64,000 bases of DNA from Methanomassiliicoccaceae archaeon (lineage in GTDB: Archaea; Thermoplasmatota; Thermoplasmata; Methanomassiliicoccales; Methanomassiliicoccaceae), in NCBI GenBank assembly GCA_040776945.1, contig JAXGZN010000002.1, positions 672,001 through 736,000 on the forward strand. The letters run 5' to 3'. Positions 10,922-21,059 of the stretch are shown piece by piece. Below the pieces are notes generated by a model. It was not told where the DNA came from and did no database searches. It saw only the letters and a list, made by a program, of their open reading frames with translations. Within the stretch, counting starts at the first letter, position 1. Each line of letters starts with the position of its first letter. The translations under genes were made by a program, and so were the position numbers.

Positions 10922-11085
10922 AGTGCCGTCGAACGAACGGAACGTCCCCCTCATATCGGCCATGAGGTCCGCTTGCTCCTTGTTTTTCACACTGGGCAGG
11001 CCCTCTCCGGCCCCTGAGGCCGGGAAGCATGGATGACCATCGCCAGGCCAGGAAGGAGCGGCCCGTTCCGCGCTCCATCCCGGAC

Positions 11086-11472
11086 CTATGCCCTTATCGC
11101 CGGCCTGATGTCGAGGTCGCTGTAAAGGTAGGTCGTGAAGCCCTCGATCCCCTGGTCCACCGCCAAGCGCCGGAACTCTGCGAACGAATTGTCCGGCACT
11201 ATCACCGCCACGGGATAGCCCTCGTCCACGGCGAGGTTGTAGTCCCGGACGGCATTAGGCCTCTTCCAGCTGTCCTCGGTCTCGAAGAACTCCACCCCCA
11301 CCACCCTGTCGTCCCGGCCGAGGACGTGCATGATGCCCCACTCGTTCTTGTCATCGGAATATACTGTGTACTGCACCGCGAGGTCAGGGTCCCTAGAGGT
11401 CAAGCTCTCCGCACGAGCCGCCAAAACGCTCCTTATGTCGATCATTTCCATCCAAACGACGTCCGTCCTCAT
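11086..11472 (-). CDS. hypothetical protein, apparent paralog of 33914..34369
   Basis: EFFETEDS / Y..A / VAVIVP / YLYSD pattern shared with the 33914 ORF. Confidence 0.7.
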   Translation of the reverse strand: MRTDVVWMEMIDIRSVLAARAESLTSRDPDLAVQYTVYSDDKNEWGIMHVLGRDDRVVGVEFFETEDSWKRPNAVRDYNLAVDEGYPVAVIVPDNSFAEFRRLAVDQGIEGFTTYLYSDLDIRPAIRA

Positions 11473-11596
11473 GGTATAATTAGCTATCCCGGCCGGGGGG
11501 CGGGCGATGGCGCGGGGCCCGGCCTCACGGCATGTAAGGCATGATTTCCCGGAAGGCTTGGATGGCCTACGGGCCGGGCATGCATAGGCCCGAAGC

Positions 11597-13567
11597 TCAT
11601 CCCTTCCTGCGCACCCACCTGATATACAGCGCCATGCTTCCCAGCAGCACTACCGCCGCCAGGCCCGCCATGACCATCACCGGCACACCCCCGCTCTCCC
11701 CGGTGCCGCTCCCTCCCTGAGCCCCGGGATCGTCAAGGTCTATGGTCTTGGTCAGGCTCCTCGACGTGCCGGCGGCATCGGTGACGGTCAGCGTGACCGT
11801 ATGGTTGCCGCCGACCGCGAAGGTGTGGTCGACCTTCGCCCCTGCCGCGGTCTGGCCGTCATCGAACTCCCAGTGGAAGCTCAACGTGCCGTTGCCTCCG
11901 TAGGAGGAGCTGGCGTCAAAGTGGGCGGTCGTCCCGCTCGCGGTGAAGGTGAACAGTCCCACCGGGGGCATGGACCGTCCCTCGCCCTCCAGAAGACTGG
12001 CTATGACCGATCCAGAGGTGGAGCCCAAATAAAGCATGCCGTCGGAGATGGATGGGGAGGCGCGGACGTTGGCCCCCGGCTCGATGGGCTCGGTCCACTC
12101 CACGTTGCCGTCATCGCTGATGGCGACCACCCGGCTGTTGGTCTCGTTGGTGACCAGATAGGTCATTCCGTTGACGGTCACCGGCGAGCCTCCGGGCGTC
12201 TCCGATCCGTAGGAGGCGGTCCACCGCACGCTGCCGTCGAGGGACAGCATGGAGAGGCCCTGTGAGGAGATGGACACCGCTCCTTGTTTCGAGACCGCCG
12301 CCTGGCCTGCGTTGCTCGCGGTGGTCGCCTTCCACACAATCGAACCGTCATAGGATATCGATGCCGCTCCGCCTCCCGACCCGGTGCCCGCGGGGTCCGA
12401 ATAGGTGACGATGAGGCGGTCGTTCATCGCCACCGGGGCGTTCAGGGCGCCCCCGACCTTAACGCTCCATTCGACCTTGCTTCCGTCCCCGGCCACGGCG
12501 TACAGCGAGCCATCGCCGCCCGGCACATACAGGGTCACGTCAAATAGCGCCGGCGTGGCGGACGCCGTGGTTCCGATGCTTCTGCTCCACGCCCTTGCTC
12601 CTTTCGCGGTCACCGCGGTTATCGTCCCGTCATCGGCGGTGACGATCAGCAGGTTCCGAAAGGTCAAGGGGGACGCAGAGATCCCGCCGCTGGTCACTGT
12701 ATAGGTCCACAGCTCGCTTCCCGTCTCCTGATCGAAGGCGTACAGCTTGCCGTCGTCCGAGGCCACGTACACAGTGTAGTCCCATAGTAGGGGTGAGGCG
12801 GTCTGGTGGCCTCTTCCCACCGGCGCGCTCCACAGGACCTCTCCCGAAGGGTCCAGGCAGAACAGCTTCGAGTCGGTGGTGTAGGACCCGGAGGAAGCTA
12901 TGCCGGAGGTGACCGCGAATATCCTCCCCCCTGAGGAAACGATAGGCGCGTCGACGGCCCCGTTGCCGAGGTCCTTCTGCCATTTTTGGACGATGCCCGA
13001 CGGTTCATAGCTCAGGTCGCTGCCGGTGTTGGCGAAATCGCCCCTCTCCGAGATCCACGGGTCCCGATACTCGGGCGTGGCCGCCGGAGGCCCGATGTAG
13101 GGGTCCCGGGCATATATGGCGGCGATTGCCTTGGTGGCGATGGGGTCGATCCCGTCCAGGAGGGTCGCCGAGTAGCGCCATTCCTTGGTATTGCTGTCCC
13201 AGACCCATAGCCGCCAGAAGTCGTAGGGCTGCTGCGGGTTGGAGAAATTATAGTTGCCTGCGTACCCGTCTATGCTCATGATCGTGTTCCCCCAGGGAGC
13301 TTCATAAGCATGGGTCTCGCTGAGCCCCAGGGTCCGGGTGGCGTTCTCGAACACGTGGAAGCCCGTCATTCCTTTCGTCACCGGCACGTCGACCCACTGT
13401 GCGCGGCCGTTCCCGAAATCGATGAGGAAGGCGCAGGCGTCAGCCTCTTGGGCCGCGGCTGCGCCGCTGTAGGCAGCAACCGAGATCAAGGCCGAGCATA
13501 TAAGGGCGGCCAGCAAGGAGCGGCCTGTCCCGGCCCTGCCCGTTCGGGACTCAAGGCTCCCGTCCAT
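11597..13567 (-). CDS. cell-surface protein: DUF4430-like N-domain, PQQ-type beta-propeller, PKD domain, C-terminal TM anchor
   Basis: Signal peptide; IDFGNG and SIDG..FWRLW; repeated SP...G..YA.D..G...W blades; FDASSS..WEFDDG..V.LTVTD (PKD). Confidence 0.82.
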   Translation of the reverse strand: MDGSLESRTGRAGTGRSLLAALICSALISVAAYSGAAAAQEADACAFLIDFGNGRAQWVDVPVTKGMTGFHVFENATRTLGLSETHAYEAPWGNTIMSIDGYAGNYNFSNPQQPYDFWRLWVWDSNTKEWRYSATLLDGIDPIATKAIAAIYARDPYIGPPAATPEYRDPWISERGDFANTGSDLSYEPSGIVQKWQKDLGNGAVDAPIVSSGGRIFAVTSGIASSGSYTTDSKLFCLDPSGEVLWSAPVGRGHQTASPLLWDYTVYVASDDGKLYAFDQETGSELWTYTVTSGGISASPLTFRNLLIVTADDGTITAVTAKGARAWSRSIGTTASATPALFDVTLYVPGGDGSLYAVAGDGSKVEWSVKVGGALNAPVAMNDRLIVTYSDPAGTGSGGGAASISYDGSIVWKATTASNAGQAAVSKQGAVSISSQGLSMLSLDGSVRWTASYGSETPGGSPVTVNGMTYLVTNETNSRVVAISDDGNVEWTEPIEPGANVRASPSISDGMLYLGSTSGSVIASLLEGEGRSMPPVGLFTFTASGTTAHFDASSSYGGNGTLSFHWEFDDGQTAAGAKVDHTFAVGGNHTVTLTVTDAAGTSRSLTKTIDLDDPGAQGGSGTGESGGVPVMVMAGLAAVVLLGSMALYIRWVRRKG

Positions 13568-13719
13568 GGTCGATGACTGACCTTAATGATATTTCAAGAT
13601 TCCCGGGGTTAGGACCGTTAAGTATTGATTCCTAGGTGAACTTCCTTCCTCATCATTGGAATCTCAATGGGGCCTTGTCCGGGCCCGGCGGGGCCTCCCT
13701 GCCCTGACAGGATTGCGTG

Positions 13720-13737
13720 ATTATCGTCATAGATAAT
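13720..13737. promoter_or_regulatory. palindrome ATTATC-N6-GATAAT in the divergent intergenic region
   Basis: attatc gtcata gataat; resembles the palindromes at 39238 and 39273. Confidence 0.4.
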
Positions 13738-13875
13738 GCCAGGGGCGTAGAACGCATGCTCTGACCGACCGGCGGTCCGCTGGCCAGCGTCACTGGCGCT
13801 CCATGCGGGGGCGAAGGCCTGAAATCGATTCCGATAATAACGCAAAAAAGGTTAATACCACTTGACTTCTCCAAG

Positions 13876-14799
13876 TTGAGATTTGCTTTGAGCAGACGAC
13901 CGCTCATTATAATGGTGGCCGCCACGGCATTGTTGTTGGGGTTGCTCATAGCCCCTGTCTCTGGCTGGGCCGGAGGGGGAGGGAACAGCAACTACCAGGC
14001 AGGCGATTGCAGTTGTCATGGAACGGTGAGCTCGGCCACGGTGACCATGTCAGCGTCCTCCAAGGTCCTCCAGCCCGGAGAGAGGGTCACCGTGACGGTG
14101 ACCGTTGCCGGCGGCGAGACCGTGAACAAGCCGCTAGGCGTCATGATAATTTCCAAACTGAGCGGGAGCAGGACCATGCCCACCGAGAACGGTTGGAAGA
14201 TCCTGTCCGATTCCGTCGGCACCGCCGTCAATTACAACGAGGTGCCCTCCTATAGCGGGAGCGCCACATTCACCTGGACCCTTCAGGCCCCTGCCAATCC
14301 CGGCGCATACACCTTGTACGCAAGGATGGAGAACAGCGTCAACGGGATAGGATACTATAAGGACTACAGCGCGGGGATCGCGTTTACGGTAAGGTCCGGG
14401 GACGGTTCCTCCCTGGTGGCCATCGAGTCGCCGGCGAACGGTTCGACCCTGACCGGGAACGTGACCGTGGGCGCCATGGTGGAGGGGAAGAACATCACCT
14501 CCACCCAGCTTCTGATAGACGGCAAGCTGGTCTCCACCGGCGACGGGAGCCCGTTAAGCTATTTGATCGATACGAACGATCTGACCGATGGGGCCCACAA
14601 GATACAGGTCATCGCGACCTCGAGCGATGGTGAGGTCATCACCAGGGAGTCCAACTTCACCGTGAACAATCACGGGGCGCTCATCTTGCCGGTCCAACAG
14701 TCCGATTGGATGCCCGCCGACATGGTCTTCCTCGCCCTGATAGGATGCATGTTGGTAGTGGGCACCCGCGGGCTCAGGAGCAGTAAGAAATGGCGTTGA
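13876..14799 (+). CDS. exported protein with N-terminal CSCH motif, Reeler-like and Ig-like domains, C-terminal TM anchor
   Basis: Signal peptide, GDCSCHG, FTWTLQAPANPG, IESPANGSTLTG...DGAHKI (Ig-like), C-terminal hydrophobic helix. Confidence 0.75.
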   Translation: MRFALSRRPLIIMVAATALLLGLLIAPVSGWAGGGGNSNYQAGDCSCHGTVSSATVTMSASSKVLQPGERVTVTVTVAGGETVNKPLGVMIISKLSGSRTMPTENGWKILSDSVGTAVNYNEVPSYSGSATFTWTLQAPANPGAYTLYARMENSVNGIGYYKDYSAGIAFTVRSGDGSSLVAIESPANGSTLTGNVTVGAMVEGKNITSTQLLIDGKLVSTGDGSPLSYLIDTNDLTDGAHKIQVIATSSDGEVITRESNFTVNNHGALILPVQQSDWMPADMVFLALIGCMLVVGTRGLRSSKKWR

Positions 14800-16013
14800 A
14801 GTTGCCAAAGACAAAGTTGCCCGCCGGGCTGCGCTTGCCGCCCCGCGGTAAAGGTATCGACATCACACATCTCAGAGCGCTTCCATCGAAGCTCCCCAAG
14901 GTCGTGCGGAGGAACGCGGAACGGTACATCGGGCTCGTCATCGGGTTCTTCCTGTTCGTGGCGCCGTTCACGGTGTTCACCTGGTTCGCCTACTCGCTGA
15001 CCGGCTCTTCGGGGAACGCTTCCATTCACTCCATCTGCTACCGCCTGCCCCTTGATTGGCTCATTGGAGGCTCGGCCGCCTCGGTCGGCCCCATCGCCGC
15101 CGCCTTCGTGATAGGCGCGCTGGCAGTTGCGCTGTTGTTCGGCCCGCTGTTCTGCGGCCGCCTGTGCCCGGTCGGCGCGATGAGCGAGCTGGTGAGCCGG
15201 ATCACCCCCCTTCCGTCAAGATACAGGATGCGGATAAGGGACACAAGGGTGACGGCAAGCCTCCGCTACGGCTTCCTGGCCGGTTTCATCCTAATGGGCC
15301 TGGCGGCCGGCGGACGGGTGGCAGAGTGCTCCTACGGGGTCGACCTCGGAAGGTACTGCTCCTCCTCCATCACGGAGTACATGTCACTGGGGCTGTTCGG
15401 CGGAGCGCTGCCGGCCAACTTCTGGAACACCGGCCTGCTGCTCACCCTCTTCGCCTGGCTGGTGCTCGGGGGCATCATGATGGTCGGAGGACGGGGCTGG
15501 TGCCTGTTCTTCTGCCCGCTGGGAGCGCTGTCCGGGCTGTCCCACGCGCTGGGCTCAAGGCTCGGCCTGTACCATGTCCAGTTCCACGAGGACAAGTGCC
15601 GGCGGTGCCGGCGGTGCGAGGTCAGCTGCCCGATGTGGGCCATCGGCCTCGACCGAAGGGTCGAGCACTCGCTGTGCATAAGCTGCGGGGAGTGCGTCCA
15701 TAACTGCTCGTTCAAGGCCTATCAGGGAGGCTTCGGCCGCACCGGGGTCAAGATCACCGGGGCCGTGAAGGACCTCCTTGGACGGATCAGGTCGGTCGGC
15801 ACCTTCGCCCTGGCCTCCTCCACCGCGCCGGTGGCGGCGGTCCTCACCGGGCCCTGCGCCTCGGTGGGCTGCGCGGCCTGCCCTCTCGGGGGCGCCTGCT
15901 CGCTCGCCATGCCCCTCCTCTTCGGAGGAATGATCGCCGCTAGGAGGTCCAGGAGGATCAAGGCGGCTCTCTCCTCGCTTCGCGGACGCCTTCGCCGGAA
16001 GAGGAAGGACTAA
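14790..16013 (+). CDS. membrane polyferredoxin (NapH/MauN-like)
   Basis: FCGRLCPVG and WCLFFCPLG CxxxCP motifs, CRRCRRCEVSCP, CISCGECVHNC, several TM helices; overlaps the upstream stop. Confidence 0.85.
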   Translation: MALKLPKTKLPAGLRLPPRGKGIDITHLRALPSKLPKVVRRNAERYIGLVIGFFLFVAPFTVFTWFAYSLTGSSGNASIHSICYRLPLDWLIGGSAASVGPIAAAFVIGALAVALLFGPLFCGRLCPVGAMSELVSRITPLPSRYRMRIRDTRVTASLRYGFLAGFILMGLAAGGRVAECSYGVDLGRYCSSSITEYMSLGLFGGALPANFWNTGLLLTLFAWLVLGGIMMVGGRGWCLFFCPLGALSGLSHALGSRLGLYHVQFHEDKCRRCRRCEVSCPMWAIGLDRRVEHSLCISCGECVHNCSFKAYQGGFGRTGVKITGAVKDLLGRIRSVGTFALASSTAPVAAVLTGPCASVGCAACPLGGACSLAMPLLFGGMIAARRSRRIKAALSSLRGRLRRKRKD

Positions 16014-16043
16014 TGAGGGGCGGCGCTCATTAAGTGGGACGTC

Positions 16044-17996
16044 ATGAGCCTGGGCGATATACTCCTGGTCCTGGCGGCCCTGTCCGCGCTGACGTGCATC
16101 ATAGCGGGCCTCATGGGACCTCGAGCCGCGGCGGGCCGGGCAGCGGCCTCGTCGCGCTTCGCCGCCCTGGCCGCCTTCGCATCGATCTCCGGCGCCCTTG
16201 TCCTGCTGGCCGCGGCCTTCGCCTCCTCCGACCTCAGCTACCGCTATGTATGGTCCCATTCATCCACAGGCCTGGACGCCTTCTATAAGCTGGTCGGCGT
16301 ATGGGCGGGGGGCGAGGGAGGATTGCTGCTGTGGGCTTGGCTGATGGCCCTGTTCCTGGCGGTCGAGGTGCTGGCTGAGAGGAGGCGGGAGGCCGGTCCA
16401 AAGTACGCCGCGGCGTTCCGGGTGGCGGCATCCAGCATCGTCCTTCTCTTCTCCCTTATCCTCATGGCCGCCGACCTGTTCGGCCCCACCAACAGCGCAG
16501 AGCTGCTTCTTCACCCTGAGGGCCTGGGAATGAACATCGCGCTGCAGACCGTGGAGATGGCCGTCCATCCGCCCCTGGTCTTTTCCGCCTACGCCGCCTG
16601 CCTGATGCTCTTCTCAGCATCCATGGGCAGGCTGGTGGCGGACGATGATGGCTGGAGGGATGCCGCGCTTCCCTGGGCCAAGGTCGCCGGAGCGCTCCTT
16701 CTCGCCGGTATCGCGGTCGGCGCGGTTTGGGCCTACTATGAGCTGGGGTGGGGAGGGTTCTGGGTCTGGGACCCGGTGGAGACCGCTTCGCTCTTCCCTT
16801 TCATCGCGGTCATCGCCTTCCTGCACGCGGACCGGTCCAGGGGCGCAAGGGAGGGGGCCCTGCAGCCTTTCTTAGGCACGCTTTCCTTCGTCTTCGTGCT
16901 CCTGGCCTCTTTCATCACCCGCACCGGGGGACTGTGGGGGTCCTCCGTCCACACCTATGGGAGCATGGTCAGCGGATCGCTGGAGGCTAGGCTCGTCACG
17001 GTGCTGACAGGCGACATGGGCGTGATGGGCCTGTTCGCGGTCATCATTGTGCTTTTCGCCATCTGCCTGGTCCTTTCCTACCGGACCATGCTTAGGGCGG
17101 GCGAGAGGGGGCGGGTGAGCGCCGGGGTCCTGGCTACCGTCGCCTCCCTGCTGATCTATGCGGCCCTCCTTCTCCTGCTGCTGATAAAGAACACCGGCCT
17201 GGACCAAGGGGCCAACTTCATCGAGATCACCGAGAAGACCACCCTGCTCTCCTTCCCCATGGCGCTCCTTCTGCTGTTCGGCCTGATAAGCGGCCCGCTG
17301 GGCCGACGGAACGCCGCGAGGGCATGCGCAGCGGTGGCCGCGGCCTCGGTCGCGCTGGCCGCGGCCGCCCTGATCCTCGGGACCTTTCCTTGGCTCGCAG
17401 CGCTCGCCGCACCACCCGCGGGGACGGTCATCGGCGCATCGGCGTATCGAATCGCCATGATCGACCGGGCGCCGCCCGCCAGGTGGCTGGGCGGGGCAGG
17501 CGGGCATCTCGTTCATGCCGGGATCGCCATCGTGCTGCTGAGCTTCATAATCTCCTCAACCATGCAGGCCCACCTCCCTGAGGACGATGGGAACATGTCC
17601 GTCGGCAGCGAGGCGAGGGTGGGCGGCCATACCATTATCCTTACCGGACTGAGCGTGAGACCTTGGACCTCTTCCACGGGGGAGGCGGGGGAGGAGAGGG
17701 CCGCCACCTTCGTGGTGAGGTCCGGCGGCCCCGAGATCACCGTGACCGTTTCCAACCTATACAAGGCGGAAGGTTCAGGTTTCACGCTGGTGCGCTCGGG
17801 GACGGCCATAATCAACGGCGCCGTCGAGGACCTCTATCTTGATTATGGGTGGGTGAACGGCGATACCGCGATGGTCCAAGCGAGGGTCGTTCCCTTGGTC
17901 AGCGAGGTATGGGCCGGGTTCGTCCTGGCGACCGCAGGCATGGTCGCCACGTTGTTCGGACGGCCTCCTCGGGAACGTCCGGACGATTTGTTCTGA
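16044..17996 (+). CDS. ccmF: cytochrome c maturation haem lyase CcmF
   Basis: WAYYELGWGGFWVWDPVE (WWD domain), VHPP, ITRTG...SVH, HAG. Confidence 0.92.
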   Translation: MSLGDILLVLAALSALTCIIAGLMGPRAAAGRAAASSRFAALAAFASISGALVLLAAAFASSDLSYRYVWSHSSTGLDAFYKLVGVWAGGEGGLLLWAWLMALFLAVEVLAERRREAGPKYAAAFRVAASSIVLLFSLILMAADLFGPTNSAELLLHPEGLGMNIALQTVEMAVHPPLVFSAYAACLMLFSASMGRLVADDDGWRDAALPWAKVAGALLLAGIAVGAVWAYYELGWGGFWVWDPVETASLFPFIAVIAFLHADRSRGAREGALQPFLGTLSFVFVLLASFITRTGGLWGSSVHTYGSMVSGSLEARLVTVLTGDMGVMGLFAVIIVLFAICLVLSYRTMLRAGERGRVSAGVLATVASLLIYAALLLLLLIKNTGLDQGANFIEITEKTTLLSFPMALLLLFGLISGPLGRRNAARACAAVAAASVALAAAALILGTFPWLAALAAPPAGTVIGASAYRIAMIDRAPPARWLGGAGGHLVHAGIAIVLLSFIISSTMQAHLPEDDGNMSVGSEARVGGHTIILTGLSVRPWTSSTGEAGEERAATFVVRSGGPEITVTVSNLYKAEGSGFTLVRSGTAIINGAVEDLYLDYGWVNGDTAMVQARVVPLVSEVWAGFVLATAGMVATLFGRPPRERPDDLF

Positions 17997-18149
17997 ACCT
18001 TGCGGCCTTCGAGAGGGATATCGAGACCAGAATATGAGAGGGGTCACCTGCGTAGGATGAGCTTCGAGGCATGCTCCGGCCACGGTCAATATGGGCCCTT
18101 TGTAAAGTACGATCGATAAGAAAAAGGGAGGAAGGGTGAGCCTGGTGGC

Positions 18150-18989
18150 TCAGTTCATTTCCTTGGCCATCTTCTTGGTAAGCCCGTACGCTACCGGCAC
18201 CAGGAGGACTGCCAGCGCTATCGCGAACGCCCAGGACACGTTGGCAACTATCGAGGTGACGTTCGGGAAGGTGGCGAATATCGCGCCCGCGCCGATGATC
18301 AGGAAGATCGAGTACAGAACGAACTTTGCGTACCCGGCGACAGAGCGGAACTCGGCGTGGTCCTCGACGATGGACCGGACAAGGGTATCGGTCAAGATTA
18401 TGCCGACGCCGATGATCACGAAGCCGAGAATCAGCGGATAGATCGTTCCTCCGGACAGCAGCATGGTGTCGAGGGCCAGCAGGATGATGAAGGCGATCAG
18501 GCCGATGAACAGGAGGTTCTTGATCATATCGGCGATCTCTACCTTCTCGGGCGGGAACATCGGCCGGATCATCTTGCCGATGAAGTTAGCCAGGAAGTCC
18601 ACCAGAACCACGCCCAGTATGAGTATCAACAGACCGCCGAGAAGCCTCGGGAGGTAGTCGGCCACGACCGTGAGGTATGAGCCCAGCGTGCCGCCAATGC
18701 TCAGGATCTCGATGGCCCAGACGATGGCCAGGACGATGATGAAGGCCTTTACGAACATTCCGATGACGTTCGATAGGTCCAAACCGGCCGCTCTGAACGA
18801 TTTGCCGGTGCTGCTCTGATCGAACGCCCTCTCCATGCCGATCTTCTCGACCAGAATGTTAACGGCCTTCCCGACAATAGTGCCGACCAGCCAGCCGATG
18901 GCTATCACGATCACGGCGGCCAATATCGTCGGGATCGCGAGTATGATGTCCTCCACCATTAACTCCAATGTCTCTATGATGTCAACCAA
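18150..18989 (-). CDS. CmpX/TM-helix-repeat membrane protein (MscS-associated family)
   Basis: IPTILAAVIV..GW and YLPRLLGGLLIL repeats. Confidence 0.78.
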   Translation of the reverse strand: MVDIIETLELMVEDIILAIPTILAAVIVIAIGWLVGTIVGKAVNILVEKIGMERAFDQSSTGKSFRAAGLDLSNVIGMFVKAFIIVLAIVWAIEILSIGGTLGSYLTVVADYLPRLLGGLLILILGVVLVDFLANFIGKMIRPMFPPEKVEIADMIKNLLFIGLIAFIILLALDTMLLSGGTIYPLILGFVIIGVGIILTDTLVRSIVEDHAEFRSVAGYAKFVLYSIFLIIGAGAIFATFPNVTSIVANVSWAFAIALAVLLVPVAYGLTKKMAKEMN

Positions 18990-19607
18990 CTCTAATCACT
19001 TCCTTTGCATGGGGAGCCGAATCTTCATATATGCATTATTTTTATTTTTTTCGTTATATGTTGATTCTTATGCTTCAAAATATAAATATCTGGATATCCA
19101 TTCTTGCGAGTTAAAAAATTTGTCCTTATAATGAACATAATGCCTGCCGTCCTTCCTTGAGCAATCCAAACGGCCCTTGGGACGCTTTTTTCGGCAGCGG
19201 TCCGCCGGTCCTCGTAGCCGGCATGCTCAAGGCCGCGGCGGTCCGGTAACAAATTCTGATGGCCGGAGACGGAGGCGGGCATATCGCCGGTCCGGACGGC
19301 ACCGGGCCTCTTTGCTCGATGCTTGAACCATGTTGTCATTCCATTGCAGTGTTCGCCGGGCGCATCGGGCCTGGGCGTCGTTGCTCCATTCGGGGCGATG
19401 TCCCTCCTGATCGACATCACCTTTGTTGGGCGGCCCCCATCTTCTAACGCCATAGTTCCTTCCGCAATCGACCAGCGAGGTTATTTCATGACAGGGTCAC
19501 GTCGCCTCCAACAGACGTCCGACGATGAGTCCTGGTCAACGTTATGTGATGGGACAACTAAGGTTCGATGCCGTAAGGTTTTACGTGAAGGGTCATGCCG
19601 GCGCCGA

Positions 19608-20204
19608 TCACGCGCTGGTGATGAGGCCGAGCTTCCTGCGCAGGATCTCGGCGGTCTCAGGCACAAGGTCCGTTGACCAGAAGATGCGCTCGTAGACGTC
19701 CTCGGGAGTCCAGGCCTGGACATCCTTGGCCGAGAGGTGGGCCACGGCCAGGAGCCTCTCCAACACTTTCTCATCGCTCGTGGCGGGAAGAGCGTTGATG
19801 TTGACGGGGCCGAAGGTGGCGAAGCTGGAGGCCAGACGCAGGCCGTTCATCAGCGCCTGCCTTTTCTCTCGTCCGAAGAGCTCGTAGGCCAGCTTCTCCG
19901 CCAGGGCGGACAGGGACTCCTTGATCTCCGGCGGGATGCCTTGCAGCCCGCCGATCTCCCTCTTTAGGTCGTTCGAGCGTGCCTTGGTCAGAAGCCGGCA
20001 GTCGGTTGAGCGGATCACCAGCCGCTCCAGGACCGAGTCGTACATGTCCAGGGGGTCCCTGTCCCTGAGCTGCGGAACGTTGGTGTAGCCGACCGCATAG
20101 ACCAACAAGGCCGCGGACGGCGTGATGCCCGGCACTTTAATGATGTCCATCAATGGCATAGAGCGCTCACCTGGCTCGAATAATATTGAGGAGGTAGATA
20201 TCAA
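19608..20204 (-). CDS. hypothetical protein with DUF4332/HhH-like N-terminus
   Basis: DIIKVPGI...LL..VGYTNVPQL..RDP. Confidence 0.55.
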   Translation of the reverse strand: MISTSSILFEPGERSMPLMDIIKVPGITPSAALLVYAVGYTNVPQLRDRDPLDMYDSVLERLVIRSTDCRLLTKARSNDLKREIGGLQGIPPEIKESLSALAEKLAYELFGREKRQALMNGLRLASSFATFGPVNINALPATSDEKVLERLLAVAHLSAKDVQAWTPEDVYERIFWSTDLVPETAEILRRKLGLITSA

Positions 20205-20333
20205 TTGCTATGGGGACCTTTGGTCCCGGGGGTCGGTACAGCGTGTTCTGGCAGGGAGGAAGGGAACGGGACGAAGCGGGTCTTTCATCCCGAAGTAGGT
20301 CTTTACCGGCCGCTGTTCCATATCGGCCGCAGC

Positions 20334-20933
20334 TCAACCGCCATTGTGTTTCAGCATCTCCTGTACCAGGGCCATGATGTCAGAACAGGTGGCATTCGCA
20401 TCGATATTGCCGCGAACCTCTCCGCTTGGAAAGCCCTCGGTTATGACGTTGATGTATAGATTTCCCGCGTCCAGCTCGCCAATGAACTTGGCCATTGAGG
20501 CCCCGGCCATCGGTCCGGTGAGGGTACGTTCGGTAATGGAGCCCAGAGCGATAATGCCTTCATCATCCTCGCCATGTCTGGTATGCATTACAAGGGAGAG
20601 ATATGCGACCGCTTCACCGGTCTCCCTTCCATCCCGGGCCCAATTGATGCTCACCTGGGTTACGTCGTCGTCAAGCTCAGAGACGTGGACCATGTAGCAT
20701 ATCTCGTTCAGACCGTCATTGAGCCAAAAGACCGCGACCCCAGTGCCTTCAGTATAAACTGGGTGAGGTCTCACTTGGTCTCCGAACAGCGGCACTATTA
20801 CGGCTGGGTTCCAGCCGTGCGTCCCATCTTTTTCGGTCTGAGCATTCGTGGCAGTGAATATCACAGCCACGGCCGCGACGACAGCAACGAGCAAGCCAAA
20901 TGCGATCATTACCTTGCCAAGTTCCATTCTCAT
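20334..20933 (-). CDS. exported CHRD-domain protein
   Basis: Signal peptide; GNLYINVIT..FPSGEVRG. Confidence 0.82.
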   Translation of the reverse strand: MRMELGKVMIAFGLLVAVVAAVAVIFTATNAQTEKDGTHGWNPAVIVPLFGDQVRPHPVYTEGTGVAVFWLNDGLNEICYMVHVSELDDDVTQVSINWARDGRETGEAVAYLSLVMHTRHGEDDEGIIALGSITERTLTGPMAGASMAKFIGELDAGNLYINVITEGFPSGEVRGNIDANATCSDIMALVQEMLKHNGG

Positions 20934-21059
20934 CCCTCGTCCCTCGACCTCTGACCTTCAGGATTAATAATTAGCTCCTCAGCTAAGGCGAGGGTTAACT
21001 GTCAAGTCGCTGAGATAACGAAAATCGGCGAGTTATCGAACAGCGGGGACAACCGCCCT

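Noticed and set aside
13568-13875. Cobalamin riboswitch in the divergent intergenic region
   Set aside because: No recognisable B12-box or conserved core on either strand.
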